From a virus (Duplodnaviria > Caudoviricetes), in IMG/VR virus record IMGVR_UViG_3300025018_000136, positions 1-64,000 of that record: a DNA stretch of 64,000 bases; one strand, 5' to 3'. Shown piece by piece: positions 18,642 through 29,013 of the stretch. Positions within the stretch are counted from its first letter, which is position 1. The number at the start of each line of letters is the position of its first letter. A program made the position numbers and the translations under genes. The notes beneath the pieces were generated by a model. That model was given only the letters and a program-made list of their open reading frames with translations, was not told where the DNA came from and searched no databases.

Positions 18642-20534
18642 ATGGCGAAAAAAGAAGAAAAGACACTCGAAGAACAAGTTTTTGACGAAATTAAAAGATT
18701 AGGACTTAGTCCCACAGAAGCTAAGAAAGTATTAGGCCAACTACAGGGCACAAATCCAAGAAAATATCATGGTAAGAAAATTAATGGTAATAGTAAGACA
18801 AGTAGGTTTGGTGTACTTAGCGACCAACATATGGGGCATCATAATTATAGAGGCGACGTATTAAGGGATGCGGCAAACTATTGGTCTAAGTCAGGTATTG
18901 ATTTTATATTATTCCCAGGAGATACTATTGAAGGTATGAGTAATAGAGATGGTCACATTTATGAACTTGATTATATAGGTGTTAGTGCTCAGATGGATTT
19001 TTTTGGAAAAGAGATGGAGCAATTAAAAGATTGGAATGTATATGCCATTGAAGCACAAGATAGTCATGGTGGTTGGGCTCATAATAAGGCTAATCAAGGA
19101 TTAAATATTGGCGAAGAACTTGAAAGACGTGCTGACAATTATCATTTCTTAGGTTATGATGAACAAGACCTTATGGTCGATAACATTGCATTAAGACTTA
19201 GACACCCTGGTGGAGGAACAGCTTACGCGTTATGTTTTGATGATAAGACAGAAATATTAAGTGAGAATGGGTGGAAATTATTCAAGGAATTATCACCACA
19301 AGAAAAAGTAGCAACATTAAACCTCAAAAATGACGAGTTTGAATGGCAAACACCAACAGAATATACTGACGAACACTATAATGGAGAAATGTTGCATTTT
19401 AACAGTAGAACTGTAGATTTGTTAGTGACACCAAACCATAGAATGTTAGTAAGAAAATATCCAAATAATTTATTACAATCAAGAAGTAAAATATTAACTT
19501 ATCCAACAAAATCACACAGAAGAATATCTTTTGATTGGGTGTTTAAAGAAGCAAAAGAATTAGTTAATGCTAAACGACAAGAATGGCAAATGAAAAGAAC
19601 TTCTTCTAAATGGAATGGTGAACTAACCGAATTTATAGATATTCCAGAGAGAAAAGTTAAAAAATTTGGAAAAAGACAGTCTCCGAGAATTGAAAGAATT
19701 CACATTGATGATGTTGCCGAATTAATTGCTTGGTATGTGACAGAAGGATATATAAGAGATTCACTTATAGAAATAGCTCAACACAAAAAAATAAATCCAC
19801 ATAATTATTCAGAAATACTTGATATGTGGAGAAGAATAGGACTTACTCCCAAAGAAGATAAAAATAAACAACACATTAAAACATATTCTCTAGAGTTGGC
19901 AGAATGGCTTGTTTCAGAATGTGGCTCTGGAAGTAAAAACAAACATCTTCCAAAATGGTTAAAGAATCAACCACAGGACGTCCTGAGAGTAATATTTGAT
20001 ACTATGGTGAAAGGAGATGGTTGGAGTGGTTCTCAAATAGGCTATAGAAGTATCAGTAGACAACTATTAGATGACTTCACAGAAATATCTTTGAAGCTTG
20101 GTTATGCTGTCTCGACAAATAAAGATTCGGTAAGTGTTTCAGAGAAACAAGTTTTACCAACCATTAATAAAAAACCAGAAGTGATAGAATATACTGGAAG
20201 GGTTTACTGTGTTAGCGTTCCGAACACCACACTCATGGTGAGACGAAATGGTAAAGCTATATGGTCTGGTAACAGTTATAAAATGCAAAAATATTTAGAA
20301 AGTTTAGCAGGTGGAGAGAAACCAAATGCAGTATTCCAAGGTCATTTCCACAAAGCAAATTACATGTTTTATAGGAATATACATGCAATTGATGCTGGTG
20401 CATTACAAGACCAGAGCCAATTCATGAAAAAGAAAGGAAGTCCTTCAAATGTTGGATTCTGGACAGTTGAGATGGAATACGATAAGAAGGGCATAACTAG
20501 GTTTAAACCCGAGTTTACAGCCTACTACGATTAA
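18642..20534 (+). CDS. Calcineurin-like metallophosphoesterase with an intein
   Basis: SDQH, PGDTIEG, RHPG, GHFH. Confidence 0.85.
   Translation: MAKKEEKTLEEQVFDEIKRLGLSPTEAKKVLGQLQGTNPRKYHGKKINGNSKTSRFGVLSDQHMGHHNYRGDVLRDAANYWSKSGIDFILFPGDTIEGMSNRDGHIYELDYIGVSAQMDFFGKEMEQLKDWNVYAIEAQDSHGGWAHNKANQGLNIGEELERRADNYHFLGYDEQDLMVDNIALRLRHPGGGTAYALCFDDKTEILSENGWKLFKELSPQEKVATLNLKNDEFEWQTPTEYTDEHYNGEMLHFNSRTVDLLVTPNHRMLVRKYPNNLLQSRSKILTYPTKSHRRISFDWVFKEAKELVNAKRQEWQMKRTSSKWNGELTEFIDIPERKVKKFGKRQSPRIERIHIDDVAELIAWYVTEGYIRDSLIEIAQHKKINPHNYSEILDMWRRIGLTPKEDKNKQHIKTYSLELAEWLVSECGSGSKNKHLPKWLKNQPQDVLRVIFDTMVKGDGWSGSQIGYRSISRQLLDDFTEISLKLGYAVSTNKDSVSVSEKQVLPTINKKPEVIEYTGRVYCVSVPNTTLMVRRNGKAIWSGNSYKMQKYLESLAGGEKPNAVFQGHFHKANYMFYRNIHAIDAGALQDQSQFMKKKGSPSNVGFWTVEMEYDKKGITRFKPEFTAYYD
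19233..20273 (+). mobile_element. Metallophosphoesterase intein (347 aa, LAGLIDADG-like)
   Basis: AYAL|CFDDKT...WSGN|SYK; AWYVTEG and TMVKGDG motifs. Confidence 0.88.
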
Positions 20535-20558
20535 TTTAAACATTATGGTGATGTACTA

Positions 20559-23500
20559 GTGTATTTGGTGGAGTCTAAGGAAAACGAGAAGAATACGGAT
20601 ATATTCGTTTTTGGTCGAAACGAACGTGGTGAGAAGCAGGTTAAAAAAATAACTAACTTCTTTCCGTACTTCTACGTTTCCGAGGACTCCACTGTTCCTT
20701 CTGATTATAGGATAACTAAAATAGAAAAAGGCCACAAAAGTATTCTTGGAGAACCTTTAAAGAAAATATATTGTAGAAAACAAGGAGATATAGGACAACT
20801 TCGTGAAAGGTTCACAAAGCATTATGAAGCAGATATTCCAGTCACTCAAAGATATATAGTTGATGAAGTAGGAGAAATAGACCCTTATAAATTAAAAACT
20901 TTATATCTAGATATAGAACTGAATACAAAGGTTGATTTTCCAGATATGTTAGACCCAGACCAAGAGGTTGTATGTATATCATTTATTGATGATTTTACAA
21001 ATAAACCATATACAATCCTTTATAAACCAAAAGACCACGACATTATTCCTAAACCAACACCAAATCTTAGGATAGTAAACAGTGAAGAAGCTTTACTAGC
21101 AGCTACAATAAATTATATCAAAGACTCAGACCCAGACATTATAAGTGGTTGGAATTGTTTAGATAAAGATACACACATACACACACTAAACGGATTAAAA
21201 ACTCTCGATAATATTTCTGTAGGAGATATTTTGGAGAATGGAGATTCCGTATTAAAAAAAGCGCATAGTAAAAAAAGAGTTGTTGAATTTGGTAGCAACT
21301 TTGGCATTATACGAACCTCTAAAGACCACAAATTCTTGGTTGTTGATACACCATATAAATATAAATCATTGCTAGCATTGAAAAAAGAGAAAGGAGAATT
21401 CAAAAAAGTAGAAAATGTTAAAAAAGGATTCTTAAAATTAGAATATGATACGAATAAAAACAAAGATACGGACATATCAGACTTTGATTTGTATTTGTTG
21501 GGCATAATATATTCTGATGGAACAATTGGAAGGAATAGAATAAGCGTGTATAATAATAATATTGATATAATAAATCGTATTTATAAAAATAGAGAAGAAA
21601 ATGATGCATCTGTTATTACTACAGATAAAAGACACACAAACACAACCTTCAGAATAACAGTAAAACGAAAAAATATTAAAAATCTAGATATAGTTTATAA
21701 TGGATATAAAAAAGAACTTAATATAGAAAAACTATCAACTCTTTCACCAAGACAATTTGCTGTATTTTGTTCCGGTCTTATTGATGGAGATGGTAGTTAT
21801 TCAATGATTCAGGTAAACCAAGAGACATCATATAAAGAAACTAATGGTTTTCACAATCTATTAATATCAAACGGAATTATAGGGTCTAGACACAAAACTA
21901 CTGGGCAATATAGTAATAGATTTCATATAATATCCGTAGAAAACGATGATGTTCTATCAGCACTAGAAAATAATGTTATAAACTCATATAAAATAAAAAA
22001 AATTAAGAAATCAACAAAATTAAACAGAAGTACTAAAATACCAAAATATTTTATAGACCGCAAAGAGAAAACAATATATACGTATATAACTACCAATAAT
22101 ATAACAGATGACTATGCAGATATGGTAGATATAGAAACTACATCACATACGTTTAAGACACCATTTATTACACATAACTGCGACCATTTCGACCTAGTTT
22201 ATCTTATAAGACGTATGGGTAAACTTGGAATAGAATATGGGGAAATGTCACCAATGTGGGGAGTTTATATTGATGAAAAGTTTGAAGATGTTACTATTAA
22301 AGGACGTGTAGTTCTAGATATGATGAAAGCTTACATGTATTTCAGAGGCATCTCAAATCAAGGACGTGCTGAATCTTATTCGTTAGAGTTTACTGCCCAA
22401 GACGTTTTAGGGCGTGGAAAGATTGAACATTTAGAATCTTTCTACGACATGTGGGTTAATTATCCAGACAAGTTAGTAGAATATAACGTACGCGACGTTG
22501 TATTAGTTAATGAGATTAATAGGGAGTTGGAGATTATAGATTTCTTTAACTCTATTAGGTCAAAAGCTTGTACGCAACTTAAAAACATATATCAAACAAC
22601 AGCTCTTATTGATGGATTACTATTAAACAGAACAAAGGGTAAAATGGTTTTACCAAGTAAGAACTTTGTTGGTGGAGATAAATATACAGGAGCATATGTA
22701 TTTGAACCAAAACCTGGGGTGTATAATAATATACTTGCGTTAGACGTAAAAGGCATGTATCCTAATATTATTAAAACATTTAATATGGGGTATGAAACTT
22801 TCAACAAAGAAGGTTCAATAAAAATTACGAAAGACATAGCATTTGATGACGGCATAGGTTTAATATCGGAAACAATTAGAGATTTACAAGAAGAACGTGC
22901 TCATTATAAAAGTATTATGAAAAAAACTAAAGATAAAAGAGAGTGGAAAGTTGCTCACTTTAGACAGTACGCAGTAAAAGTTCTTATGAACAGTATTTAT
23001 GGATATCTAGGTTTTCCAAAGGCAAGACTTTATAAAAAAGAAGTTGCTTTTGCAGTTACTCATATGGGGCAAAAACTTATTAAATGGACTCAAAAATTCT
23101 TAATAGACAAAGGATACGACATTGTTTATGGTGATACTGATAGCGTCTATGTTCAATCTAAGAAGAATACTAAAGTGTCAATGCTTATAGAAGGGAATAA
23201 ATTGGTTCAAGAAATCAATGAATCTTATAAAGAGTTCTCTTCTAGTTATGGAGCTAAAGATTGTACTTTAGAGATGGAGTTTGAAAAAGTTTTTAAATCG
23301 ATTATTTTTGTTGAAAAACGTGGAGGAAATGGTGGTGCAAAGAAGAAGTACGCATATATTCCTTTATGGATTGATGGTAAAGATGTAGATGGTAGTGTTG
23401 AATACACAGGTTTTGATACAGTACGCTCAGACATACCAAGAATAGCAAGAGAAGTACAAAAGAATGTTATTGAGATGATTCTTAACGGTGGTAGGAGACA

Positions 23501-23906
23501 AGACATTGAAAATTATATAGTTAGTATTGATAAGAAGATTAAAGCCAAAGAAATTCCAGATGAAGAAATAGGATTTCCAAAAGGCTTAAGTTCTCATCTT
23601 GAAGAATATAAACAAGCAAACCCGGCAGTAACTGGCGCGTTATATTCAAATAAATATCTTGGAACTAGGTTTACTAAAGGTAGCAAACCAAAATGGATAT
23701 ATGTTAGGTCTGTACCAACAGGTTATCCACCAACACATGTCATAGCTTATGATGAATTCATACCTGAAGGGTTTACTGTAGATTATAAAACACTTAATGA
23801 TAAAATATTTAAGATGAAATTAGAATCAATTTTTAAAGCGGCTGGTTTCGGAGAGTTCCCAGACGTGGATTCAAACAACTCAAAACTTAGCGCATGGGGA
23901 TTATAA
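20559..23906 (+). CDS. polB: Family B DNA polymerase with an intein (GTG start)
   Basis: LDIE exonuclease I motif, DVKGMYP, KVLMNSIYG, YGDTDS. Confidence 0.95.
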   Translation: MYLVESKENEKNTDIFVFGRNERGEKQVKKITNFFPYFYVSEDSTVPSDYRITKIEKGHKSILGEPLKKIYCRKQGDIGQLRERFTKHYEADIPVTQRYIVDEVGEIDPYKLKTLYLDIELNTKVDFPDMLDPDQEVVCISFIDDFTNKPYTILYKPKDHDIIPKPTPNLRIVNSEEALLAATINYIKDSDPDIISGWNCLDKDTHIHTLNGLKTLDNISVGDILENGDSVLKKAHSKKRVVEFGSNFGIIRTSKDHKFLVVDTPYKYKSLLALKKEKGEFKKVENVKKGFLKLEYDTNKNKDTDISDFDLYLLGIIYSDGTIGRNRISVYNNNIDIINRIYKNREENDASVITTDKRHTNTTFRITVKRKNIKNLDIVYNGYKKELNIEKLSTLSPRQFAVFCSGLIDGDGSYSMIQVNQETSYKETNGFHNLLISNGIIGSRHKTTGQYSNRFHIISVENDDVLSALENNVINSYKIKKIKKSTKLNRSTKIPKYFIDRKEKTIYTYITTNNITDDYADMVDIETTSHTFKTPFITHNCDHFDLVYLIRRMGKLGIEYGEMSPMWGVYIDEKFEDVTIKGRVVLDMMKAYMYFRGISNQGRAESYSLEFTAQDVLGRGKIEHLESFYDMWVNYPDKLVEYNVRDVVLVNEINRELEIIDFFNSIRSKACTQLKNIYQTTALIDGLLLNRTKGKMVLPSKNFVGGDKYTGAYVFEPKPGVYNNILALDVKGMYPNIIKTFNMGYETFNKEGSIKITKDIAFDDGIGLISETIRDLQEERAHYKSIMKKTKDKREWKVAHFRQYAVKVLMNSIYGYLGFPKARLYKKEVAFAVTHMGQKLIKWTQKFLIDKGYDIVYGDTDSVYVQSKKNTKVSMLIEGNKLVQEINESYKEFSSSYGAKDCTLEMEFEKVFKSIIFVEKRGGNGGAKKKYAYIPLWIDGKDVDGSVEYTGFDTVRSDIPRIAREVQKNVIEMILNGGRRQDIENYIVSIDKKIKAKEIPDEEIGFPKGLSSHLEEYKQANPAVTGALYSNKYLGTRFTKGSKPKWIYVRSVPTGYPPTHVIAYDEFIPEGFTVDYKTLNDKIFKMKLESIFKAAGFGEFPDVDSNNSKLSAWGL
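21156..22178 (+). mobile_element. PolB intein (341 aa) in the exonuclease II motif
   Basis: SGWN|CLDKDT...ITHN|CDHFD; GIIYSDG and GLIDGDG motifs. Confidence 0.9.
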
Positions 23907-24964
23907 TGAGACAATTAGAAACTATAAAGGACTTTTGTGCAGGAGCAACGTATTATCTTGTTAAATTCGATAGGACAGAAGATGGAGATTTTGGTAAGAT
24001 TCTAAGTAAAGATGAATTACTAGAAGTAGATATTACTAAACATGAAGTTCATAGAAGCATTGAGTATGTTAATTATGATAGATTATTCGTGTTTGATTTA
24101 AAACCAAAAGAAGAACAACTAGTTGAGAATCCAATGCAACTATTACTTTCTTGTTTAGAAGAAGCTAAAGTGATAGAAATGGTGTATCCAAATATTTTCA
24201 GATGGGTCTATGATGGTCTTAGTATAAAAGCTTATGCTATTATACCAAGTGGAGACCCAAAACAACACTCAACTATTACAAGATATGGCGGAACAGAAAT
24301 GTTTATGAAAATTCTAAAACAACATTTAGAAAACATTTCTAAGATGAGAAAAGGTATGACTCCTGATTATAATTTTTTAAACTCAGATTTTAGAATAGAT
24401 GATACAGAAATATCCATTGGCTCAGTAAATCAATATACTAAACTTTACTCAGTTGGAATAACTACTAAGATGTCTTTTAAAGAGATTATACAAAAAAGTG
24501 CTAACTGCACCCAGACTTGGCAACCACTAAACAAGCTCAAAATGAAATATTGGGCTAAAGAGATTAATCCTGATTTTATTACAGAAGCAAAACATATAAA
24601 ACTCAAGAAAACACTTGCTATAGATGAAAAAATTATAGCTAAATATCCTCAACCAATTCGCGCGTTAATGGCTCTTAAGCATAAAGGTAATTATAACAGA
24701 TTCTTAATAGCTAGATTTTTGCTATCTGTTCATAAACCTCAAGATGCTAAATTTATGTATTATTCTGTACTAGGAGATGAAGAGTTAGAACACGTACAAG
24801 GTGGTAATTGTAGTACACAGTGGAATTTTATACAGAACAACATGAAGAGATATGGTTGTCCTACAAATCAGGAGTTAAAGAATTTTATAGATAAAGATAC
24901 TTATAAGCTTTCACACCCTTTAGAGGAGATACAAGAACTTATTGGTGAGAAAGATGATGAATAA
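23906..24964 (+). CDS. Primase-like protein: degenerate AEP (PriS-like) fused to a PriL/PriX-like C-terminal domain
   Basis: FVFDLK, IGSVNQYTKLYSVGI, YPQPIRAL...NRFLIARFL...RYGCP; TAATG-coupled to polB. Confidence 0.5.
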   Translation: MRQLETIKDFCAGATYYLVKFDRTEDGDFGKILSKDELLEVDITKHEVHRSIEYVNYDRLFVFDLKPKEEQLVENPMQLLLSCLEEAKVIEMVYPNIFRWVYDGLSIKAYAIIPSGDPKQHSTITRYGGTEMFMKILKQHLENISKMRKGMTPDYNFLNSDFRIDDTEISIGSVNQYTKLYSVGITTKMSFKEIIQKSANCTQTWQPLNKLKMKYWAKEINPDFITEAKHIKLKKTLAIDEKIIAKYPQPIRALMALKHKGNYNRFLIARFLLSVHKPQDAKFMYYSVLGDEELEHVQGGNCSTQWNFIQNNMKRYGCPTNQELKNFIDKDTYKLSHPLEEIQELIGEKDDE

Positions 24965-25175
24965 ACCAGAATTAGAGGCTCTCATTGATAGTCTTAAAAA
25001 AGACAATAATAATTTAATGAGACAAGCAAAAGATATGCGGACGCTCGCAGAGTCTGCAGGCAGTGAAACTGCAAAATGGAAACATCAAGCTTTAAGACAA
25101 GAAGAAGAGATTTTAAAGTTAAAAAGTGAATTGTCAAGATATGAGGAGAAGAAAAATGGAAAAAAACCTAAGTGA
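24954..25175 (+). CDS. Coiled-coil hypothetical protein
   Basis: Heptad pattern. Confidence 0.55.
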   Translation: MMNKPELEALIDSLKKDNNNLMRQAKDMRTLAESAGSETAKWKHQALRQEEEILKLKSELSRYEEKKNGKKPK

Positions 25176-26304
25176 AGCTCAAGAACGAATATTGCTTGTT
25201 CTTGGAGATGGAGAAAAGTATACTTATGAAGAATTGGCTGAGGCTACTGGTCTTAGTTATGACGGTGTTAGAGGTCGTGTTTCTGAGCTTAAACAGCGCG
25301 GAATAAATATACAACGTCTAAAAGAAGGAAAGAACACGGTGTTAATGATGGAACATAAGAAAATTACAACTAGAAAACTAAAGAAACCAGTTACTTATGG
25401 TGACTTAGTATCTAAAAGGATGCAAAGTCTAGAAGACTTTTATGGTATTACTGAATTTCTAAATGAACTTAGAGATATTAAGAAACCAAAAAAGAAAGTT
25501 ACTAAACGAATATCAGAAGGAACTGCTGCTGTGCTCGCCCTATCTGATTTGCATTTTGGTGAGATTATAAAAGACCAATCTGGTAAAGTAGTATTTGATA
25601 CAAGTAAGGCATACGAAAGGATTGAGAATTTGACTCAAGAAGTATTACAAACACTTACTGATAATGAGATTACAGAGATTTATCTTATGATGCTTGGAGA
25701 TATGGTTGATGGAGATTCTATTTATAAGAATCACTTATTCTACGTTGAAAAGGCTGCAGTAGAACAAGTTAAAGATGTTGTTTCTGCACTTACAGGTATG
25801 ATTAAAACGTTTACAGAATATGGTATATATGTTAATGTTCATGCTGTTCGTGGAAACCACGGAATCACAAACTATAAAAACTTAGAAATGGATAACTGGG
25901 ATAATGTAGTTTATGACATGATTGATTTAACCTTCTCAGAGGATGAGCTTGTTAATGTTAACCATTACCAGACTGATGAGGCTAAAGTTCCTGTAATGGA
26001 TAGACATATTGTCCTTTATCATGGAGATAACCTTGGAGACCAGATTAAGACAGCTTCTGGTCTTAAATCGTTTAGAGGTATCTGTGGTAAACATAAACTT
26101 TATGATGGAGACATCATAATGGTTGGGCACTTACATCAATTTGGTGTAGAATATGACCAAGGAAAGATGCTTATTAGAAATGGAAGTATTACCGATACTT
26201 CTGAATATGCGTTTAAACTAAACATGTATTCTGAACCATGCCAAGTGCTTTTAATAATTAATGTAGATGAACAATACCCAATTATTATTCCTGCAGAGGT
26301 GTGA
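25156..26304 (+). CDS. wHTH + calcineurin-like metallophosphoesterase
   Basis: N-terminal HTH (TYEELAEATGLS...RVSELK); SDLH, GDMVDG, GNHG, HGD, GHLH. Confidence 0.85.
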   Translation: MEKNLSEAQERILLVLGDGEKYTYEELAEATGLSYDGVRGRVSELKQRGINIQRLKEGKNTVLMMEHKKITTRKLKKPVTYGDLVSKRMQSLEDFYGITEFLNELRDIKKPKKKVTKRISEGTAAVLALSDLHFGEIIKDQSGKVVFDTSKAYERIENLTQEVLQTLTDNEITEIYLMMLGDMVDGDSIYKNHLFYVEKAAVEQVKDVVSALTGMIKTFTEYGIYVNVHAVRGNHGITNYKNLEMDNWDNVVYDMIDLTFSEDELVNVNHYQTDEAKVPVMDRHIVLYHGDNLGDQIKTASGLKSFRGICGKHKLYDGDIIMVGHLHQFGVEYDQGKMLIRNGSITDTSEYAFKLNMYSEPCQVLLIINVDEQYPIIIPAEV

Positions 26305-26588
26305 ATATGGATTTGATTAGTTTTGGGCTTGGATTCGGAGCAGGAGCATTCATATCGTATACTATTATGCAATTTAAGTATTTAAATAGTAAAATTAATT
26401 TGGTTGCTGATAATATAGACTCGTTTCCTACACCAGAAGAGATGGCTAAAAAAGTTTTGCAAGTAAAGTTACCTATGTCTGAATTGCCAGAAGATTTAAA
26501 ACAACAATTAGATGAGATGGCAGCAAAATATAAGCCAGCTACTCCTCTTACTCCTAAAGAAATAAAAGATATGGGGTATCTAGGATAA
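26301..26588 (+). CDS. Membrane-anchored hypothetical protein
   Basis: N-terminal GLGFGAGAF TM segment. Confidence 0.55.
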   Translation: MNMDLISFGLGFGAGAFISYTIMQFKYLNSKINLVADNIDSFPTPEEMAKKVLQVKLPMSELPEDLKQQLDEMAAKYKPATPLTPKEIKDMGYLG

Positions 26589-26815
26589 TGGCAATAAGAA
26601 AGAAGACGAAAGTAATTAGGAACTGGGAAGACTTGATAAACTACATTGAAAAGATTAACCCACACCAGAACACAATAATTTTATCTGGTTGGATAAACAA
26701 GCTTGATGGTTTTACAGGAGAGACTGAAATAGACACTTTAATATTTAATCTAACTCCTGTAAAAGTATTACAAGATGTAAACAATGGCAAGTACGACAAG
26801 AAGCAGAAAAAATAA
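26588..26815 (+). CDS. Hypothetical protein
   Basis: TAATG coupling. Confidence 0.5.
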   Translation: MAIRKKTKVIRNWEDLINYIEKINPHQNTIILSGWINKLDGFTGETEIDTLIFNLTPVKVLQDVNNGKYDKKQKK

Positions 26816-26844
26816 GGGGCTCTTTTGTTGTGATAGGTGTTCAA

Positions 26845-27192
26845 ATGAATACAAGAAGTCGTAAACAAAAAGGTTCAAAATTACAAAATCTTTTAGCTGA
26901 AAAACTCAGAGAAAAGTTTAAACTAGACGAAGGTCTAGAACGTTTTGACGGAGATATACAGCCAAAGATGATGGGCGGTGCAGGTGTAGATATAGTTCTA
27001 TCTCCTTACGCTAAGAAGATTATACCTTATGATTTTGAATGCAAAAACCAAGAATCTTGGTCTATACCTAATTGGTGGCAACAAGCTGTAGCTAACACTA
27101 GAGAAGGGCGTAAGCCTGCACTAGTGATTAGCAAGAATAGGCATGAACCACTCGTTATTATACGACTTGAAGACTTCTTAGAAACGCTGTAA
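26845..27192 (+). CDS. Holliday junction resolvase-like PD-(D/E)xK nuclease
   Basis: SRKQKG, GVDI, FECKNQE, PALVI. Confidence 0.75.
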   Translation: MNTRSRKQKGSKLQNLLAEKLREKFKLDEGLERFDGDIQPKMMGGAGVDIVLSPYAKKIIPYDFECKNQESWSIPNWWQQAVANTREGRKPALVISKNRHEPLVIIRLEDFLETL

Positions 27193-27200
27193 ATAAAGAA

Positions 27201-27241
27201 TTCTAAGGTTATAGCTCAAGGAACGAGTTTTAACCCTAGAA
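27201..27241. other. 41-nt imperfect hairpin
   Basis: TTCTAAGGTTA...TAACCCTAGAA outer arms (one mismatch); AGCTC/GAGTT inner stem. Confidence 0.55.
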
Positions 27242-27242
27242 A

Positions 27243-27285
27243 AACCGAAAGTTTTATATAGTAGAACTAACATATATAGTATGAT
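27243..27285 (+). promoter_or_regulatory. BRE/TATA promoter of the S-layer-like gene
   Basis: aaccgaaagtTTTATATAgtagaa. Confidence 0.65.
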
Positions 27286-27398
27286 ATCACGAAAATAGAG
27301 TGTTTTGTGTGATAATTAATATTCAACCATAAAGGCTTTTTTCTACGTCATTTTATTAGACTGTAGACTTAGGAAGCCAAGTTGGAGGGAAAAACAAA

Positions 27399-28964
27399 AT
27401 GGATAAAACAAAGATACTTGTTGGAGCTTTAACTCTTGCAGTTGCTTTAGCCGTAGTTTTTGCTGTTGGCATGTTCAATAGAATGAACGACGATGAAGTA
27501 AATGCTGTTCTAGCTGAACAAAAAGTACTTGTTCAAGAGGAGTATAAAGCTTCACTAGACAGTGCTAAAGAGTTGTTTCGACAAGAAATAGACGCAAAAG
27601 TAGCGGATTACGAAAGTAAGCTTTCCGAAAAGGAAACAGATATTGCCGCTAAAGCTGAAGAGATTGACGCATTGAACGCAGAAATTGCTGCGCTCGATGA
27701 TGAGGTTACTCAGCTACAAGAACCAGCAGTAGATGAATTCGTTGGTTACACCTTTGATGGAGTCGCTTTTGATGGCAACTTTGAAGGTACAATTGACAAC
27801 GGAGACCTTGCTAAACTGTTAGAAGACGAAATTCGATACGATGGCGAAAATTATGATTTTGAGGAAGTCCTATATCTTAGCGAAGACCTCTTGCCATTGT
27901 TAAATCTAGAAGGATTCGATGGTGCAGTTGGCCTTGGTATCACATCAGATAATGCAATCATCTACAAGTATGTTTTCGACGACCTAATCGTTGTTGATGG
28001 AAGTGAAGAGGAATTAGACATTACTTTCCTTGGAGCACCACTAACTATTATTGATTTCGACGGAAGCGAACTTACATATAGAACATCTGCAGAGCTTGCA
28101 GGCAGTACTGGAGACTCATTTGAAGTTGAGGGTAAAACTGTAACTATTATTGCTGTTAGTGATAATTCAGCTCTTATTGATGTTGATGGTGTTGCTAAAG
28201 CTGTAGACGAAGGAAACGCACGAACTATTAATGGTGTGCGTGTAGAAGTTAATGAGGTTTTCACTTCAGACTTCTCAGATTATACATACGTTAAATTCTT
28301 TGTTGGCGACGAAATTTCAGAGACTGTTGAGACAGGTGATGAATATACAGCCGATGATAGATATGAGTGGATTGTAGAATCTGACGCTATCGGTGTAGCA
28401 CTTGTAGAGCAGTATGACGACGAAGATGAAGCATTTAAAGTTGGAGATAGCATCTCTCTACCAAACGATTACGTAACGTTTAAGTTTGGTGAAGTCCTTG
28501 GACTCGATTATGAAGATGTTAAATTCAAGATTTCTGGAAATGACCTTGATGTTTCCTTTACAGGAGATATTGAGATTAATGGAAAGAGAATAGATGATGC
28601 AAAGTTTAGTGTCGACCTAGATACTCTTGAGTACGAATACAAATATAAGGACGATAAATTTGTAGAATCAGACTTTAGTTTGATTAAGTTTGTCTTCGAC
28701 GACCGCAGTGACTTTGATTTCTCAGTTGCTGGTGGAGAAGTTTCACTCTCTGGTGATAAAGACTACGTTTTCGCATACAGTGGAAACGAGTTTGTTGAAT
28801 CACTTGCTGATGCAACTAATATGAACGAAGATGACCACTATCTATTAGTTAATGGAGACTTGCTTTACAAGTCATCTGTGAACGAAGACGATGGCTACAA
28901 AGAGGTTGAGTTTGGACTTGTCAAAGACCTTGGCGACGTTGAAGCACAACTATTCGTTTATTAG
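27399..28964 (+). CDS. S-layer-like surface protein (N-terminal membrane anchor, coiled-coil stalk, acidic beta-rich S-layer domains)
   Basis: ITFLG, GKTVTIIAVS...IDVDG...TINGVRV, GDSISLPNDY resemble archaeal (DPANN/Methanococcales-type) S-layer proteins; GGAGG RBS. Confidence 0.65.
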   Translation: MDKTKILVGALTLAVALAVVFAVGMFNRMNDDEVNAVLAEQKVLVQEEYKASLDSAKELFRQEIDAKVADYESKLSEKETDIAAKAEEIDALNAEIAALDDEVTQLQEPAVDEFVGYTFDGVAFDGNFEGTIDNGDLAKLLEDEIRYDGENYDFEEVLYLSEDLLPLLNLEGFDGAVGLGITSDNAIIYKYVFDDLIVVDGSEEELDITFLGAPLTIIDFDGSELTYRTSAELAGSTGDSFEVEGKTVTIIAVSDNSALIDVDGVAKAVDEGNARTINGVRVEVNEVFTSDFSDYTYVKFFVGDEISETVETGDEYTADDRYEWIVESDAIGVALVEQYDDEDEAFKVGDSISLPNDYVTFKFGEVLGLDYEDVKFKISGNDLDVSFTGDIEINGKRIDDAKFSVDLDTLEYEYKYKDDKFVESDFSLIKFVFDDRSDFDFSVAGGEVSLSGDKDYVFAYSGNEFVESLADATNMNEDDHYLLVNGDLLYKSSVNEDDGYKEVEFGLVKDLGDVEAQLFVY

Positions 28965-29002
28965 GGGAGTAATCCCCGCTTTTTTCTTTTTTTTCTTTTT
29001 TT
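28964..29002 (+). terminator. GNRA hairpin plus long T tract
   Basis: GGGGA-GTAA-TCCCC followed by a T-rich run. Confidence 0.7.
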
Positions 29003-29013
29003 AATGAAGATGT

